This document shows positions 1 to 9,013 of a stretch of DNA of 64,000 nt, one piece after another (position 1 is the first letter of the stretch; the number at the start of each line of letters is the position of its first letter). The notes under the pieces are model-generated. The model ran no database searches and was not told the DNA's origin. It was given only the letters and a program-made list of their open reading frames with translations. The position numbers were made by a program, and so were the translations under genes. Source of the stretch: Candidatus Latescibacterota bacterium (GTDB lineage Bacteria > Latescibacterota > UBA2968 > UBA8231); NCBI GenBank assembly GCA_965206595.1, contig OZ242214.1:6848001-6912000 (forward strand), written 5' to 3'.

Positions 1-852
1 GCCTTCCTCGGCCTGCTCGACCCCGGGGACGAGGTGCTGCTCCCCGATCCCGGCTGGCCCAACTACGCCATGGCGGTGGCGCTCTTCCACGGGAGGCCGG
101 TGTACTACAACCTGCGTCCGGAGCGCAGCTTTCTCCCCGATATCGAGGAAATGGAGTCCCTGGTGTCGGACCGCACCAAGCTGCTGCTGCTGTGCAACCC
201 GTCCAATCCCACCGGACAGGTGCACGACGAGGCCCTGACCGGGCGGTTGATGGAGTTCGCGCGGCGGCACGACCTGTGGGTGCTGTCCGACGAGATCTAC
301 GGGGAGATCGTGTTCGACGGGAGCCACGCCAGCGCCCTGCCGCACGACGCCGACGAACGCCTGATCCTGGTGACGGGGATGTCGAAGAGCTTCGCCATGA
401 CCGGCTTCCGCGTCGGCTTCACGCGGGCGCGGGCGGACTACGTCGAGCTGGCCGCCAAGCTGCAGGAGCCCCTGGTCTCCTGCGGAGTCGGGTTCGCTCA
501 GAAGGCCGCGGTGGCCGCCCTCGAGGGGCCCGGAGATTGCGTGCGCGCCATGTGCGACCGCTACCGGGCGCGGCGCGACCTCGCCCTGGGGATCCTGCGC
601 GAGTACGGACTCTACCGCTACACGCCGGGAGGCGCCTTCTACCTGCTCGTCGACATCTCTTCGACGGGTCTCGATTCGCGCTCGTTCGCGCTGCGGCTGA
701 TCGCCGAGGAGAAGGTCGCGGTGGCACCGGGGAACACCTTCGGCAGCATGTGCGCCGGCCACGTGCGCATCTCCATCGCCTCACCGGAAGAGCTGATCAG
801 CGAAGGCCTGCACCGGATCTGCCGCTTCATCCGCGAGCTGAGCGCTTCTTAG
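1..852 (+). CDS. Class I/II PLP-dependent aminotransferase (5'-partial)
   Basis: Open frame from base 1 (AFLGLLDPGDEVLLPDPGW); motifs NPSNPTG, SDEIY, SKSFAMTGFRVG (PLP lysine), VRIS. Confidence 0.93.
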   Translation, partial: AFLGLLDPGDEVLLPDPGWPNYAMAVALFHGRPVYYNLRPERSFLPDIEEMESLVSDRTKLLLLCNPSNPTGQVHDEALTGRLMEFARRHDLWVLSDEIYGEIVFDGSHASALPHDADERLILVTGMSKSFAMTGFRVGFTRARADYVELAAKLQEPLVSCGVGFAQKAAVAALEGPGDCVRAMCDRYRARRDLALGILREYGLYRYTPGGAFYLLVDISSTGLDSRSFALRLIAEEKVAVAPGNTFGSMCAGHVRISIASPEELISEGLHRICRFIRELSAS

Positions 853-973
853 GCGTTGTTGCGGGAAGCCGGAAGTCCGTCAGGGCTTCGAAAACGGCTC
901 GATATTCATTTGGGACTCAGATACGAAGGTGCCGTGGACGGAAACAGGCTCCCCGGCAGACACGCGGGGGACG

Positions 974-1351
974 TTAGAGGTACTTGTCTCTACGCCGATT
1001 GAACTCCGCTTCGGTCAACTCCCATCGCCCCTTTTTTCCCTGAACCCGCTTTTCTTTGGCCAGCTTCGTCAGGACGCCCCAAACAATGCCCCTGCTGCCG
1101 CCAAAACCTCCTTCTGCCTGAAAGGTGAGGAGGTCCGTTTCCCAGGCAATGCCCGTCCGTTTGCCGATCTCCCAGAAACCAAGGGGCTTTTTCTCATGCC
1201 AGGCTTCCAGCAGAATATCCAATACCGCGTTTTCCAGATGACGTATCCCAATCAATCCGTGCTGCTTCGGAGTATGTTCGCTCACTTGCGGCCTCCTGAA
1301 GTCACTATTCCGCTTAAAAGCGAGGGATTCAACCATCTGCGACAGAGACAT
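974..1351 (-). CDS. Hypothetical small protein, possibly winged-helix
   Basis: 125-aa ORF in a lower-GC patch; pattern 'VLDILLEA..EIGKRTGI..VWGVLTKLAKEKRVQGKKGRWEL' resembles wHTH; true start may be downstream. Confidence 0.5.
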   Translation of the reverse strand: MSLSQMVESLAFKRNSDFRRPQVSEHTPKQHGLIGIRHLENAVLDILLEAWHEKKPLGFWEIGKRTGIAWETDLLTFQAEGGFGGSRGIVWGVLTKLAKEKRVQGKKGRWELTEAEFNRRRDKYL

Positions 1352-1436
1352 CGAAAAGGTGAGGGGAAGTCAACCATTCGCCGATGAACCTCTTACCTGC
1401 GACGCCTTCGATTCTGCCGTATTTCCGGACCGGGTG

Positions 1437-2522
1437 CTACATGTATCGCGAGAGACCGCCGTCGGCACCGAGACGGTCGAGCAGTTCCTTGACCCGCTGC
1501 GCCTGGTCCTTGCGGCAGACGAGAAGGGCGTCCTCCGTGTCGACGACCACGAGATCCTCCACCCCGACCAGGGCGATCAGCTTCTCCCTGCCGCCGTACG
1601 CGGTGACGCGGCGCGCGTCGATGGCGAGAACGGTTCCCGAGAGCAGGTTGCCGTCGTCGTCCGCGGGCAGGACGTCGGTCAGGGCAGCCCAACTGCCGAT
1701 GTCCCCCCAGGCGAACTCCCCTTCCAGGGTCCCGACCCGGGGGGCGCGCTCGAGGACGGCGTGGTCGATGGAGATCGACGGCAGGCCGGGGTAGAGCCCG
1801 GCGATCACCGCATCGGCTGAGCCGGCCGCGGCAGCCTCGCGAATCTCCGCGAGGGCGGCGAAGATCTCCGGCTCGAAGCGCTCGAACAGGTCGAGAACGG
1901 TCGCGGCTTTCCAGACGAACATGTTGGAGTTCCACAGGTAGTCGCCGCTGCCGGCGTACTGGGCCGCGAGGTCGGCGTCCGGCTTCTCTTTGAACTCCGG
2001 CACCCTGTAGATCGGCTGGCCGGAGATCGCGCACAACACCTCCCCCTTGCGGATGTAGCCGTACCCGGTCTCGGGCCGGGTCGGCACGACGCCGATGGTC
2101 AGCAGGAAATCCGGGTGCTCCTCGACCGCGGCCTCGGCGACGGTCAGCAGGCGGCGGAACTCCGCGGGATCCCCGATGTAATGGTCGGACCCGAGGCTGG
2201 CGACGACGCAGCCCGGGTAGCGCCCCTCGAGCAAGGCGCACTCCAGCCCGACCGCTGGTCCGGTGTTGCGCAGGGCCGGCTCGACGATCAGCTGCCCGGG
2301 ACCGAGGTCTGCGAGATGCTCGCGCACGAGGGCGGCCGTCGCCGTTCCCGTCGACACGAAGAGATCCTCTGCGGATGCGAGCGGGCGCACGCGGGCGACC
2401 GCCTCCTGAATCATGCTCTGCGGCCCGGTCATGGCGTGGAACTGCTTGGGCCGCCGCTGGCGGCTGAACGGCCACAGCCTGGTGCCGGCGCCCCCGGCCC
2501 TGACGACGAATTTCACCGGCAT
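1437..2522 (-). CDS. manC: Mannose-1-phosphate guanylyltransferase
   Basis: AGGAGTRLWP..PKQF, EPALRNTGPA, PETGYGYI, FKEKP, WNSNMF, WGDIGSW; ATG at 2522 after a GGAGGAG RBS. Confidence 0.92.
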   Translation of the reverse strand: MPVKFVVRAGGAGTRLWPFSRQRRPKQFHAMTGPQSMIQEAVARVRPLASAEDLFVSTGTATAALVREHLADLGPGQLIVEPALRNTGPAVGLECALLEGRYPGCVVASLGSDHYIGDPAEFRRLLTVAEAAVEEHPDFLLTIGVVPTRPETGYGYIRKGEVLCAISGQPIYRVPEFKEKPDADLAAQYAGSGDYLWNSNMFVWKAATVLDLFERFEPEIFAALAEIREAAAAGSADAVIAGLYPGLPSISIDHAVLERAPRVGTLEGEFAWGDIGSWAALTDVLPADDDGNLLSGTVLAIDARRVTAYGGREKLIALVGVEDLVVVDTEDALLVCRKDQAQRVKELLDRLGADGGLSRYM

Positions 2523-3514
2523 CCTCCTCCCGGCGGGGAAGCCGCCAAACACTTGGTCCGGCCGGCAGCCCGGACGTCCACCTCGCAGCGGGGGGGAACC
2601 AGGGCGGTCCCCCCGAGAGGGAGACTGCCTTGGCAACCGTCGCCGGCTCCGTACTCCAGCGGACCTCCCTCGATGACGGTCACGGAAAGAAAGGAGTCCC
2701 CGGCAGCGAGCCGCTGCTCTAGCTCCCCGACTACGCAGAGATCGAGATCGAAGCGCGGCGAGCGCACCAGCTCCGTGCGCCCCTCGGGCGGAGAGGTCTC
2801 CACCTGCAGCGGGGCCGGGGCAGGTTCCCCGAAAGCGATCACTTCCAATCCGCGTTCGACATGGAGCTCGCGCGGCTTGCCGTCCGCTCCGGGGCGGTCG
2901 TAGTCGTAGAGGCGGAAGGTGACGTCGCTCGACTGCTGGATCTCGTAGATCATGATGCCGGCGCAGGCCGCGTGCACGACCCCCGGGGGGACGAACACCA
3001 CCTGGTCCGGCGCGGCGTCGTGGAACTCCACGGTGTCGAGAACCCGCTGCTGTGCCAGGGCCCGCGAGAACTCCTCCCGGGTGACCCCCTCCTTCAGGCC
3101 GGCGGCGAAGCGGCCGGTGGCCCCGGGGAGCAGGTACCACGCCTCCATCTTGCCGAAGCGGTCGAGGCCGTGGCGGCGCGCGTACCCGTCATCGGGGTGG
3201 ACCTGGAGCGAGAGGTCGGCGCCGGCGTCGATCAGCTTGACGAGCAGCGGAAAGTGACCTTCGCAGGCCTCCCAGGTCGCCCCTCCGACCAGCCGTTCCC
3301 CGTACTCCTCGAGCAGGCTCTGCAGGGACCGGCCGCAAAGCGGACCGCCGGCGACGCTGCTCTCCATGCCGGGATAGGCCGACAGCTCCCACGACTCCCC
3401 TATCAAGGCGCCGGGAGGCAACTGCTTGCCGTACTGCTCGAGGCGCCGCCCGCCCCATACCATCTCTCGCAGGAAGGGCCGCATCGGCAGGATGTGAGAA
3501 AGTGGGACGGACAC
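2513..3514 (-). CDS. manA: Type I mannose-6-phosphate isomerase
   Basis: VWGG, IGESWELS, FPLLVKLIDA..LSLQVHPDD, GKMEAW, EIQQSSDVTFRLYDY, RELH; overlaps manC. Confidence 0.9.
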   Translation of the reverse strand: MSVPLSHILPMRPFLREMVWGGRRLEQYGKQLPPGALIGESWELSAYPGMESSVAGGPLCGRSLQSLLEEYGERLVGGATWEACEGHFPLLVKLIDAGADLSLQVHPDDGYARRHGLDRFGKMEAWYLLPGATGRFAAGLKEGVTREEFSRALAQQRVLDTVEFHDAAPDQVVFVPPGVVHAACAGIMIYEIQQSSDVTFRLYDYDRPGADGKPRELHVERGLEVIAFGEPAPAPLQVETSPPEGRTELVRSPRFDLDLCVVGELEQRLAAGDSFLSVTVIEGGPLEYGAGDGCQGSLPLGGTALVPPRCEVDVRAAGRTKCLAASPPGGGCR

Positions 3515-3752
3515 GTGAAGTCTGGTTGAGGATGACCGGCCGCCGCTCATCGGCAGAGGCGGGCCTGTGAAGGGAGGAAGCGCTGGTCTGCCCGGGCAAC
3601 CTGCAGAATTTATGGCGCCGAAGGGCCCGACCTGCGTAAACGCGATGGACCACTTGGGAGGAACATGGCGCGCTGACGGCAACGCGGCAGGCCGGGATAC
3701 CCGGGCCACGGGTTTCAGGTAGTCACGGAGGGCATGCCCAAAGGCCGCGAAA

Positions 3753-3877
3753 AGGTAAGACCGCCGATCCACTCCGGACAGCGCCAACCGCCTCGCACAG
3801 CATCTGAAGCTAGCCATCAGGTTGAGACCGCCCTATCCCCTGCGACAGCACCGTCCGCCTCGCACAGCGACTGAAGC
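3753..3877. repeat. Imperfect tandem repeat, two ~58-nt units, period 67
   Basis: aggtaagaccgccgatcc..gacagcgccaaccgcctcgcacagcatctgaagc (ends 3810) vs aggttgagaccgccctatcc..gacagcaccgtccgcctcgcacagcgactgaagc (ends 3877). Confidence 0.75.
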
Positions 3878-4164
3878 GACCCGCCCCAGAGGGAAACCTC
3901 GGCCCCTATTGAGGTTAGCCGCGGCCCGTCTCCTCAGGGGAAGCGGGCCCTCCAAAGAGGAAGCCTCCGCCACAGCCGAGGCCGCCGGAAGGGATGGGAG
4001 CCCTGAAGGGCAGGTGCCTGCGAGAGGATGCACGAATGGGTCGGGATAGCCTTCTCCAGTCTCCTGGCCCCGTTCCTGTTTCGTTTGCCCAGTGATTGAA
4101 CAGGCACATATTCGGTTTGCCGACAGCGATGGTCCTCTCCCCTCGAAAACAGGAGTCAGCCATC

Positions 4165-6015
4165 ATGACCAGATCCCTGTATGCCGCGTTCCTCTGCCTG
4201 CTGCTCGGGACCCCGGCCGCGCGCGCCTGCGGCGGCTTCTTCTGCACCACCTTCCCGATGAACCAGGTCGCCGAGAACATCCTCTTCATTCAGGGAGAGG
4301 GGACCGTAACCACCCACGTCCAGCTCCTGTTCAGCGGCACCGCCTCGGACTTCGCCTGGATCCTGCCCCTGCCCTCGGTCCCGGAGCTGGCCGTGAGCCA
4401 CAACCAGATCTTCACCCAGCTGCAGTTCGCCACCCAGCCCTTCTTCCAGCTGAACTTCGCGGAGCAGGAGGACTGCTTCTTCCGGCCCATTGTTCTCAGA
4501 TCCCCCGAGACAATTGCCCTTGACGAGTCCGCGGAAGTCGAAGTAGTGGCCCAGGAACGGGTCGGCCCGTACGACACCGCGGTCATCACCTCCGAGGATC
4601 CGCAGGCCATCGTCGACTGGCTCGTCGACAACGGCTACCAGCTCGGCGACCTCGGGGTCCCGCTCCTGACCCCGTACGTCGAGGGGGACTTCTACTTCCT
4701 CGCGCTCAAGCTCGCCGCCGAAAGCGAGGTCGGCGACCTGCAGCCGATCGCCATGACCTACGCCGCGGAGACGCCCGGCATCCCGATTCGCCTGACCGCG
4801 GTGGCCACCGTGCCCGACCTCGGCGTCCTCGCCTGGGTCCTGGCAGACCACCGCGCCATCCCGGAGAACTACCTGCACGTGCAGATCAACGAGGCCCTGA
4901 TCGACTGGTTCAATGGCGGCTTCAACTACCCCGAGGTCGTCACCCAGGCCGCCAACGAGGCCGGGGGCCAGGCCTTCGTCACCGACTACGCCGGCCCCAG
5001 CAGCATCGTCGGCGACTTCATCTTCTCGCAGTTCGACCTGGAGGAGCTGCGCGGAAAGACGGGCCCGGCCGACTTCCTCGAGGCCGCCCTGGCGCAGGGT
5101 TTTCCCCGCGACGCCCAGATGCAGACCCTGATCCGCCGCCACATCCCGATGCCGGCCTCCGTGCTCGAGGAAGGGGTGCTCGAAGTGGTGTTCGACGGGG
5201 ACCGCGATGCCTACGACGAGGCGCGGGTAGAAGGCCGCCTCCAGGACATCGCGGAGCGCTCCTTCTACAACAACATGCGCGCCTACGACCGCTGGACCGC
5301 CGATCTCGACTTCGACCCCGGAGCCCTTGCCGACGACCTGGAGCGGATCGTCGTCGAGCCGCTGGAGGGGCTGCAGGAACTGTTCGACGAAAAGCCCTAT
5401 CTCACCCGGCTCTACACCACCCTCTCTGCCGACGAGATGAGCGTCGACCCGGTGTTCGACTACAACCCCGACCTGGCGGAAGTGGACAATATCCGTTACG
5501 CCGACGCGCGCTGGGACTGCGGCGGCTCCGAGGAGACCCCGCTCGAGAAATGGGACCTGATCGTCACTCTCGCCGACGGCCGCGAGGTCCGCTCCCGTCC
5601 CTTTGCCGACGGCGGTCCGCGTCCATTCGCCGAACCGGCCGCCGCCTCTGTCGAGCAGCTGCGCACCTCCGGGCCTCCGGAAGTCCTCAGCCGCCCCACC
5701 GCGGTCGAGACCTCAAACGCCTCGGCTGCCGCCCCTGCGGACTGGGCCCTCCTGCAGAACTACCCCAACCCCTTCAACCAGGGGACGGTCCTCTCCTTCC
5801 ACGCGCCCCGCCCCGCGCAGGCCGCCCTGCACCTCTACAACCTCCGGGGCCAGAAGGTCCGCACCCTGTTTCAGGGCGAGGTCGCCGCGGGCTACCGGAG
5901 GGTCCATTGGGACGGCCGCGACCGGCAGGGCCGACTCGTTGCCAGCGGCGTCTACCTCTACCGCCTGGAGACCGGGGCGGTCGAGCTGACGCGCAAGCTG
6001 CTCTTCCTGCGCTGA
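4165..6015 (+). CDS. Secreted DUF2330-family protein with C-terminal FlgD-Ig/T9SS-like sorting domain
   Basis: Signal peptide then ACGGFFC, FAWILPLPSVP, PIRLTAVA, YLTRLYTTLS..EMSVDP; C-terminal LLQNYPNPFN..GQKVRTL..WDGRD..ASGVYLYRL; AGGAG RBS. Confidence 0.85.
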   Translation: MTRSLYAAFLCLLLGTPAARACGGFFCTTFPMNQVAENILFIQGEGTVTTHVQLLFSGTASDFAWILPLPSVPELAVSHNQIFTQLQFATQPFFQLNFAEQEDCFFRPIVLRSPETIALDESAEVEVVAQERVGPYDTAVITSEDPQAIVDWLVDNGYQLGDLGVPLLTPYVEGDFYFLALKLAAESEVGDLQPIAMTYAAETPGIPIRLTAVATVPDLGVLAWVLADHRAIPENYLHVQINEALIDWFNGGFNYPEVVTQAANEAGGQAFVTDYAGPSSIVGDFIFSQFDLEELRGKTGPADFLEAALAQGFPRDAQMQTLIRRHIPMPASVLEEGVLEVVFDGDRDAYDEARVEGRLQDIAERSFYNNMRAYDRWTADLDFDPGALADDLERIVVEPLEGLQELFDEKPYLTRLYTTLSADEMSVDPVFDYNPDLAEVDNIRYADARWDCGGSEETPLEKWDLIVTLADGREVRSRPFADGGPRPFAEPAAASVEQLRTSGPPEVLSRPTAVETSNASAAAPADWALLQNYPNPFNQGTVLSFHAPRPAQAALHLYNLRGQKVRTLFQGEVAAGYRRVHWDGRDRQGRLVASGVYLYRLETGAVELTRKLLFLR

Positions 6016-6113
6016 CCTCCGGAAGGCCGGTGGATCCGAAATCCGCCCGCGGAAGTCTCAGACTGTAGCGTCCCGATATCGCGCTGCACACCTCTGACCG
6101 AAGAGCCGCAGGC

Positions 6114-6706
6114 ATGGCTGCTCCCTATCGCGACATCCTCGAGAAATCCGGCTGGCCTTTCCCCAGCCGGCATCCGACCCGATCCACGATTCCTATTTCG
6201 TGCACTCCATCATGCGCGCTGCACAACCCCAACGTCGCTTGGGACGAGTACAGCCGCCTCGTTGCCCAGGCCGAAGTCGAGGTCGCCGGCATCACCGCCC
6301 GGCTGGTCGGGTACGACCCGGAACAGGCGAGCGGCGTGTTCACCTTCGGGGGCACCACCGTGCTCAACCGGGACAACTTCGGCACGGTGACGCTGTTTCG
6401 CGCCTACCCCCCGGGAGTCGATACCTTTGCATCAAGCGCCGGGAATTCTACGACCCGGCCTGGCGGGACTGCCTGCTGGCCGGCAACGAGTACAACCGGA
6501 GAGTGTTCGAGTACGTGCACGAGGAGGCGATGGCGGGACGAGGGGTCGTCATTTCCTCGACCGACTGCTACCGGCACACCAGCTACCAGGAGCCGATCGT
6601 CGCCCTGAAATCCTACATCCTGTCCCCGTTCGTCGACGAAGCGGACATCGGAGCGGTCGTCGCCAAGCTCCTCCAAGCCCGGGAAAGGATCAGTGCCGGC
6701 ATTTAG
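6114..6706 (+). pseudogene. PLP-dependent decarboxylase remnant (internal deletion and frameshift)
   Basis: N-terminal block NPNVAWDEYS..AEVE..GVFTFGGT is joined directly to C-terminal block VLNRDNFGTVTLFRAYP / ..IVALKSYILSPF in another frame; the catalytic middle is missing. Confidence 0.65.
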
Positions 6707-6796
6707 CTTCCCGTCCCCTTCAATTTGGGACCCTGGGGGGAGAACCAGGAACCAGGGAGCACCGGACCGCCATCTGAGGAAGGAGACCGGATCCCC

Positions 6797-7606
6797 GTGT
6801 CCAATTTTAAACACCTGACTGCCGAGCTGGAGGTGCTCGTCCAGAATCTGGCCCAGCACCTCTCGGGGACCGCCCCCCGGATCGCCGGCGCCCTCGCCCT
6901 GGTTTTGCTGGGCCTGGCGCTCGCCTTCCTGGCTCGAACCCTGAGCCGGCGGATCCTCGCCGGGCTCCACCTCCGGGTTCCCGGCTTTCGGCGCATCCAG
7001 CACGGAGCCGACCTGCAGCAGTCGGCCGGACGCACGGTCGGCCGGGTCCTCTTCTGGATGGTGCTGCTCTTCTTCGTAACCGCGGCCACCGAAGTCATGG
7101 GGCTGCCCGTTGTCTCGGTCTGGTTAAGCGGCATCGTCCTCTACCTGCCGCGGCTGCTCGCCGCCGTCCTGATCCTATTCGCCGGCCTCCTCGGCGGCCA
7201 CTTCCTCCGGGATCTCATCACCTCGACCCGGATCGCCTACGCCAACGCCCTGGGGCGATTGGGACAGGTATCGGTCCTGGTAGTGAGCGCCCTGATCGCC
7301 GTGGACCAGGCGGGGCTGAACGTCGACTTCCTGACCAGCGTCCTGCTCCTCGTCCTCGGCAGCTGCCTCCTTGGCAGCGCCCTTACCTTCGCCCTCGGGG
7401 CTCGCACGACCGTGGCCAACATCCTCGCCTCCTACTACCTGCAGAAGACTTACCGGGTCGGCCACCGGGTGCGGGTCGGGGATTTCCAGGGGGAGATCGT
7501 CGAGATAACCGCCACCTCGGTCCTGCTGGAGACCGAGGAAGGGCGGGTATCGGTGCCGGCCTCCCTCTTCGGGGAGCAGGCCTCGATACTTCTGTTTAAA
7601 AGGTGA
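6797..7606 (+). CDS. Small-conductance mechanosensitive channel (MscS) family protein with TM-helix region
   Basis: Several TM helices, YLPRLLAAVLIL, then 'YRVGHRVRVGDFQGEIVEITATSVLLETEEGRVSVP' MscS beta domain; GGAG RBS. Confidence 0.82.
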   Translation: MSNFKHLTAELEVLVQNLAQHLSGTAPRIAGALALVLLGLALAFLARTLSRRILAGLHLRVPGFRRIQHGADLQQSAGRTVGRVLFWMVLLFFVTAATEVMGLPVVSVWLSGIVLYLPRLLAAVLILFAGLLGGHFLRDLITSTRIAYANALGRLGQVSVLVVSALIAVDQAGLNVDFLTSVLLLVLGSCLLGSALTFALGARTTVANILASYYLQKTYRVGHRVRVGDFQGEIVEITATSVLLETEEGRVSVPASLFGEQASILLFKR

Positions 7607-7610
7607 ACCG

Positions 7611-8465
7611 ATGGACGGCTCGAACCTGATCCACAGCTTCATCCGCGACCATACTCACCAGGCAGCCAGGGTGCTGGAGAACCGCTCGCTCGACGAGCTG
7701 GTTCCCTTCTTCGAGCACATCCCGCCGGAGCTCGCCGCCTCCCTCTTCAACACCATGGAAGCCCACACCGCGGGAGGCTGCCTGGAGCGCATGGAGGCGG
7801 ACCGTGCCGCCGGGGCCCTGGCCCGGGTTCCCCTGGAGCGCACCGCCCTGCTCCTGCGCCGCCTGCTCCCCGATACCCGGGAAGCGGTTCTGCGGCGGCT
7901 TCCACCCGAGCCGGGCAGGTATCTCCGGCTCCTGCTGCACGGCCGGGAGGATACCGCCGGGGCCCTGATGGAGCCCCGAGTCTTCACCCTTCCTCCCGAG
8001 ATCTCGGTCGCGGAGGCCCTGGCACGGGTGCGCTCGAACCCGGAGCGCGCCTCCCACTACCTGTACGTGCTCGAGCGCGACCAGACCCTGGCCGGGGTCC
8101 TCACCCTGCGGGAGCTGCTAGCCGCGGCGGAGGGAGCCGAGGTCGCCTCCCTCATGCAGCGGGACGTCGTCTGCCTGCGCATGGGGGATTCCCTGGCCTC
8201 GGTGCTGGTCCACCCAGCCTGGCTGGAGTTCCACACCCTCCCCGTGCTCGACGAGAAGGACCTTTTCACCGGTGCCTTGCGCCATAAAACCCTGCGCCAG
8301 TTGACAGAGCGCGTACAAGGGCCTGTCCGACTGGGCCATGCCGGGGTGGCTCTCGGGGAGCTCTTCCGCATCGGCCTGTCGGGCCTTGTCAACAGCGCCC
8401 TGGGTATGGATGACCGACCTCGAGTAGAGAACGTTTCCCAGATTCGGCGGCCCCTTTCTCCTTAA
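7611..8465 (+). CDS. MgtE-like intracellular domain + CBS pair protein (no membrane domain)
   Basis: Helical N-region, TAGALMEP, YLYVL..LAGVLTLRELL, LPVLD. Confidence 0.82.
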   Translation: MDGSNLIHSFIRDHTHQAARVLENRSLDELVPFFEHIPPELAASLFNTMEAHTAGGCLERMEADRAAGALARVPLERTALLLRRLLPDTREAVLRRLPPEPGRYLRLLLHGREDTAGALMEPRVFTLPPEISVAEALARVRSNPERASHYLYVLERDQTLAGVLTLRELLAAAEGAEVASLMQRDVVCLRMGDSLASVLVHPAWLEFHTLPVLDEKDLFTGALRHKTLRQLTERVQGPVRLGHAGVALGELFRIGLSGLVNSALGMDDRPRVENVSQIRRPLSP

Positions 8466-8600
8466 GGGCCATCCCTCAACTGTCGGAACGCCGAAGGGAA
8501 GGACCAAGTTCGCCAGAGCCTTGATTTGTTGGTCCATGGGCAAGGATAGGCTTTTTGGGGAATACATTGACTTGGCAGCCGAAAATCAGGTGGACACGGA

Positions 8601-8943
8601 ATGACCGAAACACATCGCAAATTCAAAAGCTCCCGCCGTTTCCAGGCTGGCGTCGGCGCTGATGGGAATCGGTCTGCTTGCCAGTTACGGTCCTCTCACG
8701 GCTCAGGTCCTTGCCTTTCTTTTGCCTGATGGTCCGGCCAAACGGAAACGCAGGATCTTCGTCGGGCCAGTAAAGCCTTTCCAGACAGGCGTCGTGGGCA
8801 CCATCCACGACCTCGACGGAAACGAGATCCTGGTCAAACGCACCAGGGACGGGTTTCACGCCTTCAGCTCGACCTGTCCCCACCTTGCATGCAAAGTTCG
8901 TTGTGTCCGGGGAGAAGTCCTCGACACTCAGCCCGACTCATAG
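8601..8943 (+). pseudogene. Truncated Rieske 2Fe-2S protein
   Basis: ATG 8601 with an SRR (Tat-like) leader is out of frame with ORF 8662; first Rieske box CPHLAC is present, second box (CPCH) is absent. Confidence 0.7.
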
Positions 8944-9013
8944 TCTGTTCTTTCTACTCGGTGCCGGGGTTCGAGCACGCACTGAACATGGTTTCGCTTC
9001 GCTAAAAACGCAC

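Noticed and set aside
3777-3944. Mini CRISPR array (34-nt repeat, 33-nt spacer)
   Set aside because: Only two good copies, similarity extends into the supposed spacers, and no cas genes are in the window
4050-4140. c-di-GMP-I riboswitch suggested by GGCAAAC motifs on the minus strand
   Set aside because: No GNRA-capped P2 or GACGCAAAG junction, and wrong orientation for the adjacent gene
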